Source of the DNA: Chloroflexota bacterium
GTDB lineage: Bacteria; Chloroflexota; UBA11872; VXOZ01
Assembly: GCA_963663275.1 (NCBI GenBank)
Contig: OY760183.1
Coordinates: forward strand, 2,560,001 to 2,624,000
Direction: 5' to 3'
Length of the DNA: 64,000 bases
Both the position numbers and the translations under genes were made by a program. Below the pieces are notes generated by a model, which saw nothing but the letters and a program-made list of their open reading frames with translations, was not told the origin of the DNA and did not search any database. This document shows, one piece after another, positions 20,720 to 29,776 of the stretch (the stretch's first letter is position 1; each line of letters starts with the position of its first letter).

Positions 20720-21687
20720 TGGCGCGGCGCGTCTCTCGATGGCTCGTCTGCCTGCCGCTCCTGGCGCTGTTGCTTGGCTGTTCTCCAGGCACGTATACGC
20801 AGCGCGTCGAACGGCTCTATGACGCCGTCCGCTCCCAGCCCCAACTCCAACCGCCTGCCGACGCCGCAACGCCTGGCCCGGCTCCGGTGAGCGCGGACCC
20901 GATCGCCAAAGCGGATGTCCTTGTCTTTGCCGCGCGACCGGGCGACGTTGTGGTGTCGGCGTACGCTGCCGTTCGGCTGGCAGTTGCGCAGGGCCAGCGC
21001 GTCGTCGTGGTCTACGTCACCAGCGGCGATGCCCGGACGAGCATGGCGCTGGCGCTGGCCGGACTGCCCGCCGACGCTACGCCGACGCCAGAGCAGTATC
21101 TGCGCGGAGCGGCCGCTCTGCAAGACGCGGCGCTCGAGGCGGCGGAAAGCGCCCTGGGCATAGATGCGGATGACGTTTTCTTTCTCGGGTACCCTGATGG
21201 AGTCTTGCATGAGTTCTCGGCTGAAGCGCCGGATCACGTCGTCCGCTCGCCCTTTACCGGCAAGGACGGCCTCACCGAACCCGACGTCGCTCCGTTTCCG
21301 TATCGCATCGCGCGCTCCGGTCAGAGCGTGCCCTACTCCTTCAACGCAATCCTCCACGACCTGAACGACGTGCTCGTGGAACTGAACCCCAGTGAGATTT
21401 ACCTCCCGTCGCCCGACAGCGCGGACGAGACGGAGGCCGCGGCGGGCAGGCTCATCGCGCGTGCCCTGCGCGAAGTTGCGCCGCCCAGCGCGCGGGTCTT
21501 CGTCTATGCGACGGGCTCGCAGGGGCGGCCGCCGGACCGGCGCGTTCCCGTAACCGACCCGGCCGCAAAGCAACGCGCCCTCGCTGTCTACACGGCGGCG
21601 GCCGGCGGCGTAGACTGGCTCAACGCGCCGGAGGCGCTGCTAGCGGAAGAGGTGTTCTGGGAGTTCGACTATACGGGCGCTTCGTGA
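20719..21687 (+). CDS. putative lipoprotein with PIG-L/LmbE deacetylase-like fold
   Basis: signal peptide with LLGC lipobox; V.VVYVTSGD and FLGYPDG PIG-L motifs; canonical HPDDE absent. Confidence 0.65.
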   Translation: MARRVSRWLVCLPLLALLLGCSPGTYTQRVERLYDAVRSQPQLQPPADAATPGPAPVSADPIAKADVLVFAARPGDVVVSAYAAVRLAVAQGQRVVVVYVTSGDARTSMALALAGLPADATPTPEQYLRGAAALQDAALEAAESALGIDADDVFFLGYPDGVLHEFSAEAPDHVVRSPFTGKDGLTEPDVAPFPYRIARSGQSVPYSFNAILHDLNDVLVELNPSEIYLPSPDSADETEAAAGRLIARALREVAPPSARVFVYATGSQGRPPDRRVPVTDPAAKQRALAVYTAAAGGVDWLNAPEALLAEEVFWEFDYTGAS

Positions 21688-21744
21688 GAGAATTGCGAAA
21701 GCATACCTTGATAGCAAGTCCGCGTTGAATTGGAGATATGAAAC

Positions 21745-22599
21745 ATGTCAATGCCCCGACCGTCGCTGCATGGGTCTATTCTGCCCGCAGGCAGTACGCT
21801 GGAAGACATGCTCGCCCTCGCCAAGCGCTTTGGGTTTCCGGGGATAGACGCCCCGTTTGGCGCGGTGCGGGCCTTGGTGGAGCAGACATCCGCCGCGGCC
21901 GTGCGCGATCTCTTTGCCGCGCACAACACGCTGCCGTCGTCGATGGGTCTGATGGCGGCCGGCATCTACGCGCCGGAGGCGGATTTCACGCAGTCTCTCG
22001 ACCGCTTCTCCCAGAACTGCGCGCTCGCCGCGTCCGTCGGCTGCCGGCGCACGGGGAGTTACTTCCCCAACCGCACGTCGCTGCCGCCGGCCGAGGCCCG
22101 GCGCATTCTCAAGGAGCGCACGACAATCCTGGCGGAGCGGGCGGAACCGCACGGCATCGCCATCGGCTTGGAGTTTCTCGGGCTGCGCACGTTCCGGCTG
22201 GACGAACCCCACGCTTTCATCAGCAACGTGCCGGACACGATGACGATGCTGCATGAGACCGGCCGGCCCAACGTCGGCTTGATCCTCGATTCGTTCCACT
22301 ACTTCACGAGCGGCGGCGACCTGGCGCAGATCCGGTCGTTGCGCGCGCAGGACATCGTGCACCTGCACGTGAACGACGCCCCGCACGCCGACGTGATGAC
22401 TTTGGAAGACACGCAGCGGGTGCTGCCGGGCAGAGGCGTCATCGACCTGACCGGCTGGTTCAACGCCATCGCCGCGATTGGGTACGACGGCTACGTGGCC
22501 ATCGAGATCTTCGACGACGAGTTTCGGAACCAAGACCGAGACGTAGCGGTGCGCATTGCCAAAGAGGCGCTCGACGCTGTGTTGAAGCGGGCGGCATAA
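21745..22599 (+). CDS. sugar phosphate isomerase/epimerase (xylose isomerase-like TIM barrel)
   Basis: GLEFLG, LDSFH, HLHVND, R.LPG.G.IDL, GYDGYVAIE. Confidence 0.85.
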   Translation: MSMPRPSLHGSILPAGSTLEDMLALAKRFGFPGIDAPFGAVRALVEQTSAAAVRDLFAAHNTLPSSMGLMAAGIYAPEADFTQSLDRFSQNCALAASVGCRRTGSYFPNRTSLPPAEARRILKERTTILAERAEPHGIAIGLEFLGLRTFRLDEPHAFISNVPDTMTMLHETGRPNVGLILDSFHYFTSGGDLAQIRSLRAQDIVHLHVNDAPHADVMTLEDTQRVLPGRGVIDLTGWFNAIAAIGYDGYVAIEIFDDEFRNQDRDVAVRIAKEALDAVLKRAA

Positions 22600-22635
22600 T
22601 GGTTCGATTACCATGCATCGACGAGATTGAGTACC

Positions 22636-22783
22636 GGTAGCGTAGGTTTGTAACCTGCGCCGTTGGCCTGCGATTGAAAGTCCCCCCTCACCCCGGCCCT
22701 CTCCCCAGGGAGAGGGAGTCTTTTCGCTTGCCGAAAAGCCCGCCCGCGTCAAGCCAAGCCGTAGCGCGGGGGCTTGTCCCCCG
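22636..22783. repeat. cluster of three palindromic repeats: family A REP, CCCTCACCCCGGCCCTCTCCC...GGGAGAGGG, family B REP
   Basis: copies at about 22636-22660, 22682-22717 and 22761-22783 between convergent genes. Confidence 0.8.
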
Positions 22784-22820
22784 CCTCTTGGCGAGAAGGC
22801 GCGCGTCTCAGGCAAGGCGT

Positions 22821-23696
22821 TTAGACCGTCACACTGCTATACGCCAGCACAATCGCGCCCAAGGCGATGACGATTGCTCCCCCGATGCGCGGCACCGGCG
22901 ACGGCTCGCGCAACACCACAATACCCAACACCGTGCCGATCACCACGCCAACCTCCCTCAGCGGCGCTACCTGGCTCACCTGCGCAATCGAGAGCGCCAC
23001 CAGCGCGAGACTGTAGGCCAGCGGGGAGAGCACGGCCCCCGTCCCCATGGCGACCGGCTGCGCGCGCCACGCGGCAAGCAGCGTACCCACTCGCCGGCGG
23101 AGCACCCAGGACATGGCAAGCGCCGGACCGAGAAACGCCCCGGTAACGTACAGCAGCGGCGGCACGTGCGACACGCCCACTTTGTCCCACAGCGAGTACG
23201 TGGCGATGGTCACACCGGTGACGGCCGCAAAGACAAGCCCGGCCGCGGGGCGAAAGTGAGCGGCCAGCGTCCGGCGTGAGAGGTTAGGGGGAATCTGGAG
23301 GATCAGGAGCCCCAGGACGATGCCGCCGATGCCGAGCCCTTGCGGCAGGCTGATGTGCTCTCCGAGGAGCAGCACCGCCCCAACCGGCGTCAGCGCCACG
23401 CCCATGCCCCTGGCCAGCGGATAGACCAGCGACATGTCGCCGTGTTCATACGCCAGTCCCAGCAGCAAGAAGTAGAAGGCATGAATAACGGCGGTGCCGA
23501 GGAAGAACCCCCAACCCGTGAGCGAAATCGTTGATCCGGCAAGCACAAACAGCGCCACCGGCAGCGTGGCAATAGTACCGGCAACGGTGATGTTCCACGT
23601 GTAGATAAGGGGCGTGCCGCTGCGCTTGAGCAACAGATTCCACGTGGCGTGGGCAAGCGCCGCTCCCAATACGAGCAGCAACGCGAGCAGGGTCAT
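22821..23696 (-). CDS. EamA/DMT family transporter
   Basis: about 10 TM segments; HATWNLLLK, AY..GDMSLVYPLARG, YSLWDK.GV, VAPLRE. Confidence 0.88.
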   Translation of the reverse strand: MTLLALLLVLGAALAHATWNLLLKRSGTPLIYTWNITVAGTIATLPVALFVLAGSTISLTGWGFFLGTAVIHAFYFLLLGLAYEHGDMSLVYPLARGMGVALTPVGAVLLLGEHISLPQGLGIGGIVLGLLILQIPPNLSRRTLAAHFRPAAGLVFAAVTGVTIATYSLWDKVGVSHVPPLLYVTGAFLGPALAMSWVLRRRVGTLLAAWRAQPVAMGTGAVLSPLAYSLALVALSIAQVSQVAPLREVGVVIGTVLGIVVLREPSPVPRIGGAIVIALGAIVLAYSSVTV

Positions 23697-24185
23697 GCGC
23701 GCGCCTCGCAGACCTGCCCACTGCATACACTCAAAGGCCCAACTGCAACTGGATACCGGGTCAGATCCACGAACCAGAGATTTGAACGGCCGTCACTTGA
23801 GTTGAAATTTGCGCCATTTGGCCGTCTCTCAGAGATGACTATGATGGTGGGTACTCCTTCTATGGTCTTTGCCTCCCGCAAACGCATCCCTGTATGTGTG
23901 TCGGGATTGGATTAGAGAGGTTCTCCCAGTATAGCGCGGCAGTTGGCTTGTGAATCGCAGCTTGGCGGCCGCAGGCTAGGATTGCACCCAAAGGAGGAGG
24001 TCAAGAGTGCGGGGCCGAGTGGTCCGCCGTTCGCGTTCGGACTGGAATACAGTTAAAACGTACGTGGTAGTATTTGATGGTCAAGAAAAGTGAGACAAAT
24101 GTAAGACTGATAATGCCGGTTGGAGTCGGTTTTGATAGCGGAGTATTGCTTGCATGACGGATCACCTCCGACGAAAGGTGAACTC

Positions 24186-25616
24186 ATGAGTAAGACGGCG
24201 CGTGGAATTAGTCGGCGGCAAGTTTTGCAGGGCATTGGCGGATCACTCGCCACGTTGGGTTTCGCGGCATGTGAGCCTCAGCCTGCACCTGTAGCACCTA
24301 TACCCGAGGAAGTTGAGACGGCTGTACCGGTTCCGACGCGGCGGCCTTATGTCGAACGGGTTGAGGTTGAGTTGATGGTCGGTTCAGTCGCAGGTTGGGA
24401 AGAAGGGGACTTCCGCGAGCTACTTCGGCGTTTCCACAGCTATTATCCTGGAATTCGGATCAGGCTTGATATCGACACGCAAGGGGAGGGCCAACTTCAG
24501 CGGCTTGTGGTTCGGCTTGCTGCCGGTATAGGGATCGATGTAGCGCACATTGCCGGCCAGCATCTCAAGCTAGTCCTTATGTTCAGCCCGCTAGACGACT
24601 TCGTCAAGGCTGATGAGTCTTTTGAAACTGGGGCATACTATGCCCGCCTTGTGGACTACTACAGCACGCCGCGCGGCGGTCTCTGGTGTCTGCCGTGGAG
24701 TTATGCCACTGAGCTTCTGTACTACAATAGGCAACACTTTGCTGAGGTGGGAATTCCACACCCCAATCATAACTGGACCTGGGACGATTTTCTGTATGCC
24801 GCACGTACGTTGACCAAGTCTAGTGGCGGCAGCGACGTGCCGGAGAAATGGGGTGCTGAATTTCGGCTGGAGAGTCTTGATTTCGTGCTTCGGTCTTTCG
24901 GCGGCGGCTTCCAGATCGGGGGATTTGAGAATCCGGCAGAGATTCATGCCGGGAATGTCGCCGCACTGCAATTCTTGGCAGATCTGGTGCTCAAGGAACG
25001 CGTCCATCCGTATCCCAGTTTGGGACTGAGTGGCGGCTTTGCACAGGGCAAAGTGTCTATGGCCTTCCTGCCGGAATGGGCGACAGTCAAGCTCAATGCG
25101 GTGGAGAACCTCGATTACGATGTGGCTCCCATACCCCAGGGCCCGGCGGGAAGTGTGACCTCATGTGCTATCCAAGGTGTTGCGATGGGGAACTACTACT
25201 GCCCTCACCCTGATCACGCGTGGGAGGTTATGAAGTGGTTTGCACACGCGGACTACGGAGAGTGGGACATAGCACGAACATTCCTAATCCCCAACGGGAT
25301 ACCGATTGCTTTGCGTGCTGCCAATGAGTTTTCCTGGGCAAAATACCATGAGAGACCCGCAAGCCGGCACCTCATTTTGCAGAACTTCGAAACCGCAATG
25401 GTACCTTTCTCAGACAGCCTCTGGTGGCCGCATCTTTCAGAGTTTGGATGGGTTGGCCGGAACTATTGGAAGGACCTAAGGCAGGTTTTTGAGGGCAGTA
25501 TATCAATTGAAGACTTGGTGATGGAGTTGGGAGAGGATTGGGGAACCGAACGGGAGATTATGGCGGAGGAATTGTCGAGAGACTACACACGCCACGAAAG
25601 TTGCTATGGCTATTGA
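24186..25616 (+). CDS. carbohydrate ABC transporter solute-binding lipoprotein (Tat signal), diverged paralog
   Basis: SRRQVLQG twin-arginine motif, FAAC lipobox, LYYN and WTWDDF SBP motifs; visibly lower GC. Confidence 0.82.
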   Translation: MSKTARGISRRQVLQGIGGSLATLGFAACEPQPAPVAPIPEEVETAVPVPTRRPYVERVEVELMVGSVAGWEEGDFRELLRRFHSYYPGIRIRLDIDTQGEGQLQRLVVRLAAGIGIDVAHIAGQHLKLVLMFSPLDDFVKADESFETGAYYARLVDYYSTPRGGLWCLPWSYATELLYYNRQHFAEVGIPHPNHNWTWDDFLYAARTLTKSSGGSDVPEKWGAEFRLESLDFVLRSFGGGFQIGGFENPAEIHAGNVAALQFLADLVLKERVHPYPSLGLSGGFAQGKVSMAFLPEWATVKLNAVENLDYDVAPIPQGPAGSVTSCAIQGVAMGNYYCPHPDHAWEVMKWFAHADYGEWDIARTFLIPNGIPIALRAANEFSWAKYHERPASRHLILQNFETAMVPFSDSLWWPHLSEFGWVGRNYWKDLRQVFEGSISIEDLVMELGEDWGTEREIMAEELSRDYTRHESCYGY

Positions 25617-25864
25617 TGGTGTGCATATCACGGAAAACGCAGACTGCTGCTATCTGCCAGTAGCTGAAGTTAACTTTGATTGTTGAGTACGCGTTGTCGG
25701 CCCACCAATTCTGTGGCTAGACTCTATCTGTTGGTAGTTGTAGTATTAGGCTAGCTTGCGATGATGCGATTCAAAGCTTCCAAAGGGCGGTGATCAACCT
25801 GGAACCAACGCATCGCGCAGGCAATGCAGTTCCAAGGTATGGAGAAATCCGGGAGGGTACGGGC

Positions 25865-27250
25865 ATGAAGGCGAATCTTGATAGTTTGAGTCGACGCCGG
25901 CTGTTGCAGGGCATGGGCGGAGCGCTGGGCGTGTTGGGACTGGCGGCGTGCGGCACTGTTGCCACCGGGCCGGCCCCGGCAGAGGAGGAAGCCCCGGCGC
26001 CCAAGGAAGAGGCGAAGCAGGAAGCACCCGCGCCGGCCGAGCCGACCGACGTCGAATTCCTGATCGGCCCGTTCGCGGGACGCAACGCCGAGGCTATGGA
26101 AGGTCTCCTGGCAGGCTTCCATGAAAAAACGCCTGAGATTCAAATCAAGCTCATTGTGGCGGAGTCGGGCACGAACTATCAGCAGCAGATCGCCACCTTC
26201 GTCGCCGCCGGCGCCAACGCGGACGTGGTGCACATGTCCGGCGGGCACTTCAGCTATGCCGCCGAGGGTGTGCTCGTAAACCTGGACGACCACATCAAGG
26301 CGGACGCCGACTTCGATATTGCAGCGTATTATCCGCGCGTCACCGAGTTCTATCGCGAGCCTGCCGGCGGGCAATGGGCCTTGCCGTGGAACCATGCCAC
26401 GGAAGGCGTCTACTACAACAAGACGCTGCTGGCAGAGGCCGGACTGGACGAACCGGGCGAGGACTGGGATTGGGACGATCTGCGCGAGATGGCGCGTGTC
26501 CTGACGAAAGACGCCAACAATGACGGCGAACCGGAATCGTGGGGCGTGGAATTTCGCCTGGTGCGCATCGACCACGTGCTGCGGTCGTACGGCGGCGGCT
26601 TTCTCGCCGATAACAATACGCGCTCGGTCATTACCGATCCCAAGTCGATCGCGGCGCTGCAATTCATTGCCGACCTGATTATCAAAGACCGCACCCATCC
26701 CTACCCGGCGTTGGGCTGGAACAAGGGGTTTTCCCAGGGCAAGATCGCGATTTCCTTCCTGCCGGAATGGGCCGCGGTGCGGCTGGGCAACGTGGAAGGG
26801 CTTGACTTCGACGTCGGCCTGATGCCGCAGGGGCCGGAAGGCCGGTTTACGTTCGCTGGATCGGGCGGCGGCTCCATGTTCAGTACGTCCGATTCCCAAG
26901 ATGGTGCTTGGAAAGTCCTGAAGTGGTTCACGAACTATGATGGCGGCGAATGGGCGTTTGCCCGGGCGATCTCCTACCCCGCCGGCTCGCCGCCCGCATT
27001 GATTGCGGCCAATGAGTTCTTCTGGAACGAATACCTAACGGGGCCGGAAAACCGCGCCCGCTTCTTGAAGAATCCAGACTTCGCCGTGGTGCCGTTCGGC
27101 GGCAGTTGGGACGGCCGGTTCTTCGACCAGAGTTCGCGCAAGGCGCTCCCGCAGATCTGGGAGGGCGCGAAGTCGGTGGAAGAGGTAGCGCGCGAGCTGG
27201 ATGCAATGTGGATTGCGCGGCTCGAAGAGACCGGCAGGCTCAAGAGCTAG
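25865..27250 (+). CDS. carbohydrate ABC transporter solute-binding lipoprotein (Tat signal)
   Basis: SRRRLLQG, LAAC lipobox, Ala/Pro/Glu linker, YYNK.LL.EAGL, WDWDDL. Confidence 0.9.
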   Translation: MKANLDSLSRRRLLQGMGGALGVLGLAACGTVATGPAPAEEEAPAPKEEAKQEAPAPAEPTDVEFLIGPFAGRNAEAMEGLLAGFHEKTPEIQIKLIVAESGTNYQQQIATFVAAGANADVVHMSGGHFSYAAEGVLVNLDDHIKADADFDIAAYYPRVTEFYREPAGGQWALPWNHATEGVYYNKTLLAEAGLDEPGEDWDWDDLREMARVLTKDANNDGEPESWGVEFRLVRIDHVLRSYGGGFLADNNTRSVITDPKSIAALQFIADLIIKDRTHPYPALGWNKGFSQGKIAISFLPEWAAVRLGNVEGLDFDVGLMPQGPEGRFTFAGSGGGSMFSTSDSQDGAWKVLKWFTNYDGGEWAFARAISYPAGSPPALIAANEFFWNEYLTGPENRARFLKNPDFAVVPFGGSWDGRFFDQSSRKALPQIWEGAKSVEEVARELDAMWIARLEETGRLKS

Positions 27251-27365
27251 AGACTGTTCCAAGACTCTCTAGCACTCTACTTGGAGACTGTTGCGAAACC
27301 TCGTTGAGAGCGAGCAGCCCCCTCTCTTGGGTGAAAGGGAATAGTCGAAGCTCAGCGAGCAGTGC

Positions 27366-27500
27366 CTCTTATCCCCTCTCCCAATGGGAGAGGGTTAGGG
27401 TGAGGTGAGATTATCTGGCGACTCATATCCACGTCTTGCGAAATGGGTCACAACGAGCGAGGATTCCCCCTCACGCCGGCCCTCTCCCCAGGGAGAGGGA
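27366..27500. repeat. inverted pair of CCCTCTCCC-N-GGGAGAGGG palindromic repeats
   Basis: copies at 27373-27405 and 27466-27500; same family as 22682 and 34938. Confidence 0.75.
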
Positions 27501-27552
27501 GGCCTTTCGCTTGCCGGGTCTGGTTATCCAGGAGTTTCCCTTGATGGACAAT

Positions 27553-27583
27553 CATCTCCGCAGAACTGTCTTCTGCGGAGATG
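27553..27583. other. 13-bp perfect hairpin CATCTCCGCAGAA-N5-TTCTGCGGAGATG
   Basis: perfect inverted repeat followed by TTT; possible terminator. Confidence 0.5.
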
Positions 27584-27642
27584 TTTCGTAGTAATCGAGT
27601 TTCTCCTCTAACCTGAAAGCACAGAAGAGAGGTATTCGAGCA

Positions 27643-28875
27643 GTGAGCGCGATTCGGGTAGGCGTCATCGGCATCGGCGGCCGCGGCCAGAACTACCTGC
27701 GGTGGCTGAGCGAGGTAGATCGGCGCGCCTACTTAGGCGCCGACCGCCACTGGAGCCACACCAAACGCACCTCGTACTGGGGCACCGCGCTGCGGGAGTC
27801 GCGGGACATCGCCTTCCCTGAGGAGATGTACAAGCAGTACGCGCGCGGTCTCGAGGAGTACGGCATCGTCGAGACGCGAGACCTCAAGGCCGACGTCGTG
27901 GCCGTCTGCGACGTGCAGGAAGACCATCTGGCGACGGCGCATGAGATTCTCACCGAGGAATTTGGGCAGGATGCCCCCGTAACCTACACCGACTACCGCC
28001 GCATGTTGGATGAAGCCGACCTGGACGCCGTGGTGGTGGTCAGCGCCAACTTCACGCATCGGGAGATTGCCGTGGCCGCGCTGGAAACCGGCGCGTGGGT
28101 CTTATGCGACAAACCGCTGGCAACGACCGTGGCAGACTGCCAGGCCATCGTGGACGCCGCCCACCGCAGCGGCGGCAAACTCTTCATGGGGTTCAACGAG
28201 CGTTCCAATCCGGCGGTGACCAAAGGCCGCGAGATTGTGGCCAGCGGCCAGATCGGCCAGCCGCAGATGGTCTTGGCGCGGACAATACGCCCGCCGTTCG
28301 CGCCAACGCCGTGGCGCTACAGCCAGTCCCAGAGCGGCGGCGCGCTCAACGAGAAGGACTGCCACAGCTTCGACCTTTTCAACTGGTTCGTCGATTCCAA
28401 GCCGCAGCGCGTGATGGGCATCGGCGGCCAGCACGTGCTGACGGAGAACAACGACATCATCGACCACGCCTGGGTGCTGGTGGAATACGCGAACGGCGCG
28501 AAGGGCTGCCTGCAACTCTGCCTCTTCTCCCCGCCATCCACCGGCCCCGGCGCGGTGCTGGACGCGGTCGGCGCGAACGGGCGCATCATCGTCAAAGGCG
28601 GCTCGGTGGAGGTCTATGGCCGCCGCCCGCTCAACGACCGGGCCGTGTATCACGTCAGCCGCGACAGCAACATGCCCGGGCACTCCGGCGACCTGACGCA
28701 GGCCTTTCGCTTTCTGCACTGCATCGCCCACGACAAGCCGACGCCGGTGCCGCCGGAAGCCGGCATGGAGAGCACGGTTATCTGCCTGGCGGCGGAGGAG
28801 TCGATCCGGCGTGAGGGCGAGTGGATCGTCATCGAGGACTTCGTGGCGCGGGAACGTGAACGGCCGGCGGGTTAG
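27643..28875 (+). CDS. Gfo/Idh/MocA family oxidoreductase
   Basis: GVIGIGGRG, VVAVCD, CDKPLA, SGGALNEKDCHSFD. Confidence 0.88.
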   Translation: MSAIRVGVIGIGGRGQNYLRWLSEVDRRAYLGADRHWSHTKRTSYWGTALRESRDIAFPEEMYKQYARGLEEYGIVETRDLKADVVAVCDVQEDHLATAHEILTEEFGQDAPVTYTDYRRMLDEADLDAVVVVSANFTHREIAVAALETGAWVLCDKPLATTVADCQAIVDAAHRSGGKLFMGFNERSNPAVTKGREIVASGQIGQPQMVLARTIRPPFAPTPWRYSQSQSGGALNEKDCHSFDLFNWFVDSKPQRVMGIGGQHVLTENNDIIDHAWVLVEYANGAKGCLQLCLFSPPSTGPGAVLDAVGANGRIIVKGGSVEVYGRRPLNDRAVYHVSRDSNMPGHSGDLTQAFRFLHCIAHDKPTPVPPEAGMESTVICLAAEESIRREGEWIVIEDFVARERERPAG

Positions 28876-29003
28876 CCTGAGACGAATTGCGTACCCCGCG
28901 CAATGTGCTATGATGGAAATACCAGTAGCGGGGTAGGAATTGGCCGCCGCTAGACGTTAAAGACGCATTGCGCTCCACGCGCCAGTGGCAAGAGAGTAAT
29001 ACA

Positions 29004-29456
29004 TTGGCTGCATCGCGTTCCCAACTCGCAACCTCTAACGCCAAGCGGCTGCTGCGCTCATCCGGCCGCCGCTTCACCCGGCAACGCGAGGCTATCTTGA
29101 AGATCATCCGCGACCAACCGGGACACCTGGGCGCGGACGAGGTATTTCAGATTGCGCGCCAGCGCGGCCACCGAGTGAGCCTCTCCACCGTCTACCGCAC
29201 GCTCGATCTCTTGCGCGAGCAGGGCCTGGTGGAAGCGGCCAACTTGCAGCAAGACCACCGCCACTTCAAGGCCGCCGGCGACGAGGAGCACCACCACCTG
29301 GTATGCGTGTCCTGCGCGAAAGTCGTCGAGTTCAGCAGCCCCCACGTCGAGCGCCTCAGGCAGGCCCTGCAAGAAGAGCACGGCTTCACAATCCAGAACG
29401 TGGAACTCGAGGTCGGGGGGCTCTGCGCCCGGTGCGCCGCTGGGTCTACCGCGTAG
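29004..29456 (+). CDS. fur: Fur family transcriptional regulator
   Basis: R.TRQR.AIL, SLSTVYRTL.LL, HHHLVCVSC, GLCARC; start uncertain (28968 or TTG at 29004); Fur/Zur/PerR subtype unresolved. Confidence 0.85.
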   Translation: MAASRSQLATSNAKRLLRSSGRRFTRQREAILKIIRDQPGHLGADEVFQIARQRGHRVSLSTVYRTLDLLREQGLVEAANLQQDHRHFKAAGDEEHHHLVCVSCAKVVEFSSPHVERLRQALQEEHGFTIQNVELEVGGLCARCAAGSTA

Positions 29457-29776
29457 CTTTCGCCGGAATGCATCATGAGATTCCGAGCGCCGTGCCACGT
29501 AGAGTTTCGACCCTTCTAAAGGCTCCGGGCAAGCAGACTACAAAGCAAACGAATCGTTAGCTCTTCTCTTCTTTCCCGTGCCGCACGCGCCCCGCACTTT
29601 CGCTCGCCTTACTCCGAAAGACATGCTGCGCCGCCTACTTTGACTGTCAAGTCTCGGCCTATTGAATCCGGCAAGGACTCTTGTTGGGTCTTGCTACCGC
29701 GCATGGTATGATGGTGGGACGGAATTCGCCGATCTTGGCTCACTAGTGCTTAATTCGAGAATCTGACATCGGACTA

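Noticed and set aside
29460-29776. T-box or SAM riboswitch upstream of metG
   Set aside because: No T-box or S-box consensus seen; only an extended -10-like TGGTATGAT
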